Source of the DNA: Candidatus Marinacidobacterales bacterium
GTDB taxonomy: Bacteria; Acidobacteriota; Vicinamibacteria; Marinacidobacterales; SMYC01
Direction: 5' to 3'
Assembly: GCA_965237955.1 (NCBI GenBank)
Contig: OZ250169.1
Coordinates: 5,504,001 to 5,568,000 of the forward strand
DNA: 64,000 bases
The notes under the pieces were generated by a model. It saw only the letters and a program-made list of their open reading frames with translations. It did not search any database and was not told the origin of the DNA. Made by a program: the position numbers and the translations under genes. Positions 61,405-64,000 of this stretch are shown here, in pieces (position 1 is the first letter of the stretch; each line of letters opens with the position of its first letter).

Positions 61405-62295
61405 ATGAGCTCCGAATCGCCAATCGTGGTCGGCCTAGGTGAACTGCTGTGGGATCTGTTGCCCGGCGGCAGGCGGCTGGGCGGCGCCCCCGCAAATTTC
61501 GCACATCACGCCCATCAACTGGGGATGGAAGGTTGGGTCTGCAGCGCCGTCGGCACCGATGCGGCTGGAGACGAGTTGGTTGAGGAAATGGAACGCATCG
61601 GCCTTCGAGGTTGTCTTGAGCGACTCGATTTACCGACGGGTCAGGTCGATGTGGAACTCGACGGAGACGGGCAGCCGGCCTATCGCATTCGGGAAGGGGT
61701 GGCGTGGGATCGCGTTCCGTTCTCAGATCGTGTCGCGGACCTGGCGTCCCGAGCCGACGCGGTCTGCTTTGGGACGCTTGGGCAACGCGACCCGGTGGCG
61801 CGACGCACCGTTGGTCGATTTCTCGGCGGCTTGCCGAGCCATTGCCTGAAGATCTTCGACGTCAATCTGCGCCAGGGCTACTGGGACGTCGACGTCCTGG
61901 GCGATTCGTCCCACGCCGCGGATCTGCTGAAGGTCAATGACCAGGAATGGGCCGTCTTTGCCGAGGCGTTCGACCTCGCCGAGTCTCATCGTGAAGCGGC
62001 CACTGAACTCTGTCAGCGGTTCGGTTTGCAATGGATCGTCCTAACGCGCGGCGGAGCCGGAAGTCGTCTGTTTTCCCCCAACGGTCAGTGGAGCGTCGAC
62101 GCGACACCGGTGGGTGTGGTCGACACGGTCGGCGCCGGTGATTCGTTCACCGCTGCGGTCGTCGCCGGCTTGCTTCGCGGCCGATCGGCGCACGAAACCC
62201 TGGAGCACGCGACGCGCGTCGCGGCGTATGTCTGTAGCCAGTCCGGCGCCACGCCGTCTCTGCCGGTTGAACTGATTTCATCGAACGCACCGTAA
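61405..62295 (+). CDS. PfkB family carbohydrate kinase (fructokinase-like)
   Basis: 'GLGELLWD...GGAPANFA', 'FDVNLR', 'KVN', 'DTVGAGDSF'. Confidence 0.93.
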   Translation: MSSESPIVVGLGELLWDLLPGGRRLGGAPANFAHHAHQLGMEGWVCSAVGTDAAGDELVEEMERIGLRGCLERLDLPTGQVDVELDGDGQPAYRIREGVAWDRVPFSDRVADLASRADAVCFGTLGQRDPVARRTVGRFLGGLPSHCLKIFDVNLRQGYWDVDVLGDSSHAADLLKVNDQEWAVFAEAFDLAESHREAATELCQRFGLQWIVLTRGGAGSRLFSPNGQWSVDATPVGVVDTVGAGDSFTAAVVAGLLRGRSAHETLEHATRVAAYVCSQSGATPSLPVELISSNAP

Positions 62296-62299
62296 ACAC

Positions 62300-63510
62300 A
62301 TGGCCCGTCCCAGAACCAAGAACGACCAGATTTTCCGTCACCTCGTCAAGGCGATTCGGGGCGGTGTCTACAAACAGGGCGACCGCCTTCCGGCCGACCA
62401 TCAGATCCGGTCAGGAGTTTGGTGTTTCGCGTCCGACCGTGGCCAAGGCGCTCAATGAACTGCAAAGCGCCGGCCTCGTCGAACGGCGCATCGGCTCGGG
62501 CACCTACGTGACCTACGAGCCGGCCAACGGCGAGCGGATGATGCTCGGGTTGCTCATTCCGAATCTCGGCGAGACCGAGATCTTCGAACCCATCTGCGGC
62601 GGCATGGCCGACCTGGCCCACTCGTACAGCGCCGATCTGTTGTGGAGCGGTCGCATCAGCGAAACGATCGCCGATCCCAAGCGTCAGGCGCTGCAACTGT
62701 GTGACCGGTACATCGACCAGGGCGTCGGCGGTGTGTTTTTCGCACCGATCGAGTTCGATCCGGAAGCCGACGCCATCAACGGTCAGATCGTCGACAAGCT
62801 CGTCGCCGCCGGTGTGCAGATCGTGCTGCTCGATCGCGACCATCTGCCGTACCCGCGACGCAGCAATTTCGATCTGATCGGCATCGACAATTTTCACGCC
62901 GGGTTTTCTGTTGCCGAGCACCTGATGGCGACCGGCTGTGGCCGCATCATTTTCCTCGGTCGGCCCCAGTCGGCTTCGACCGTGCAGGAGCGCGTCTTCG
63001 GTTATCAGGCGGCCCTGCTGCATCACGACGTGCAACCCGATTCGGCGCACGTGATCTGGTGCGATCCGGAAGAGAGTCCTGCCTGCAGCGCGCCTTTCAG
63101 GACCGGCCTTTCGCAGCGGCTCAAGGGACTGAACATCGACGCGGTGATCTGCAGCAACGACGCCACGGCGGCATCGCTGATGAAACAGTTGCAGGCGGCC
63201 GGCATTCGGGTGCCGGGTGATTTGCGCGTTGCGGCGTTCGACGACGTCAAGGCGGCCCTGCTGCATCACGTACGCGCACCGGCCTTTCGCAGCGGCTCAA
63301 GGGACTGAACATCGACGCGGTGACTGATTTGCGCGTTGCGGCGTTCGACGACTGAGCCCTTCGCTGACGACCGTTTGTCAACCGTGTGCTTCGATCGCCG
63401 CGGTGGCCATGAACACGATGAAGACGCGTCTGGACGCGACCGACCTACCGGCCCGCACGGTTCGGCTCCGGGGTGAACTGGTCGTGCGCGAGTCCAGCGT
63501 TCAAGCTTGA
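62300..63510 (+). pseudogene. GntR-HTH + LacI-type sensor regulator (AraR-like), frameshifted and with scrambled inserts
   Basis: MARPRTKNDQIF...GDRLP; extra C near 62406; 'FGVSRPTVAKAL'; 'IDNFHAG', 'ICSND', 'AAFDD'; the C-terminus 'LTTV.QP...ELVVRESS' is recovered after removing three inserts. Confidence 0.85.
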
Positions 63511-63542
63511 ACTTCACGATCCTTTTGATGAGGAGCTTCGAC

Positions 63543-64000
63543 ATGTTTCGATTCACGCTGGCAGCCGCAGCACTCGTTGCGATGACACTCGTCGCATGTG
63601 GCAATTCCGACCCCGCCAAGGACGGTGGCGCCAAGAAGGTCGACGGCAAACAGAAAGTCATCGGCATCACCATCATGACCGCGAAGAATCCGTTCTTCGT
63701 TCAACTCGCCGACGCCGCGAAGGCCGAAGCGAAAAAAAACGGGTTCAAGGCCGTCATCCGTGACGGCGCCAACGACGCCGACAAGCAGGCCTCGCAGATT
63801 CAGGACTTCATCGAGCAAGGGGTCGACGCGATTCTGCTCACGCCCTGCAACGCTCAGCTTGCCGGAGCTGCCGTTCGGGAGGCGAACAAGGCCGGCATTC
63901 CGGTTTTCACCGCCGACACCGGCGTGCTCGACGAAAAAGCGCAGATCGTTTGCCACATCGCCACCGACAACTACGCCGGCGGCAAACAGGCCGGCGCTGC
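63543..64000 (+). CDS. Sugar ABC transporter substrate-binding lipoprotein, RbsB-like (runs off window)
   Basis: GAGGAG RBS; LVAC lipobox; 'NPFFV', 'QIQDFIEQGVDAILL.P', 'AGIPVFTAD', 'IATDNYAGG'. Confidence 0.9.
   Translation, partial: MFRFTLAAAALVAMTLVACGNSDPAKDGGAKKVDGKQKVIGITIMTAKNPFFVQLADAAKAEAKKNGFKAVIRDGANDADKQASQIQDFIEQGVDAILLTPCNAQLAGAAVREANKAGIPVFTADTGVLDEKAQIVCHIATDNYAGGKQAGA

Noticed and set aside
1-64000. tRNA, rRNA or prophage genes
   Set aside because: No cloverleaf, rRNA-like or phage structural sequences were recognised by eye; a tRNAscan/Infernal run would be needed to exclude small RNAs.

Overview
GC-rich bacterial chromosomal window, probably Acidobacteriota (an inference from gene content such as the HEAT-cyclophilin, PD40-CehA/McbA and DUF4388-kinase genes, not verified). 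The left half carries housekeeping and metabolic genes (yggT, UbiD, M28 peptidase, lepA-hemW-MATE, SLT, nudC, TraB, two sodium:solute symporters, AKR), a VapBC pair and a MerR-vWA pair. The right half is an accessory region of secreted and surface proteins hit by three full-length insertion sequences whose inverted repeats and target duplications I could resolve: IS256 (34506-35952), IS1182 carrying an AbrB-like passenger gene (40662-42653) and an intact ISL3 (52352-54070). IS1-, IS110- and rve-type remnants are also present. Best candidates for new biology: (1) a ~1,700-aa protein fusing tandem beta-helix passenger modules, a T9SS-cargo-like TAVELVSF Ig domain and a PorU/gingipain-like C25 protease; (2) an origin-like, strand-biased hairpin leader with DnaA boxes and an AT-rich spacer inside the ISL3; (3) the IS1182 AbrB-like cargo gene; (4) the MerR-vWA module. 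The window also has many small frameshifts, gene fragments, a 627-bp diverged duplication and a scrambled micro-duplication, so some apparent pseudogenes may be long-read consensus artefacts. No rRNA, tRNA, CRISPR array or prophage was recognised. All family assignments come from motif recognition by eye; no database searches were run.
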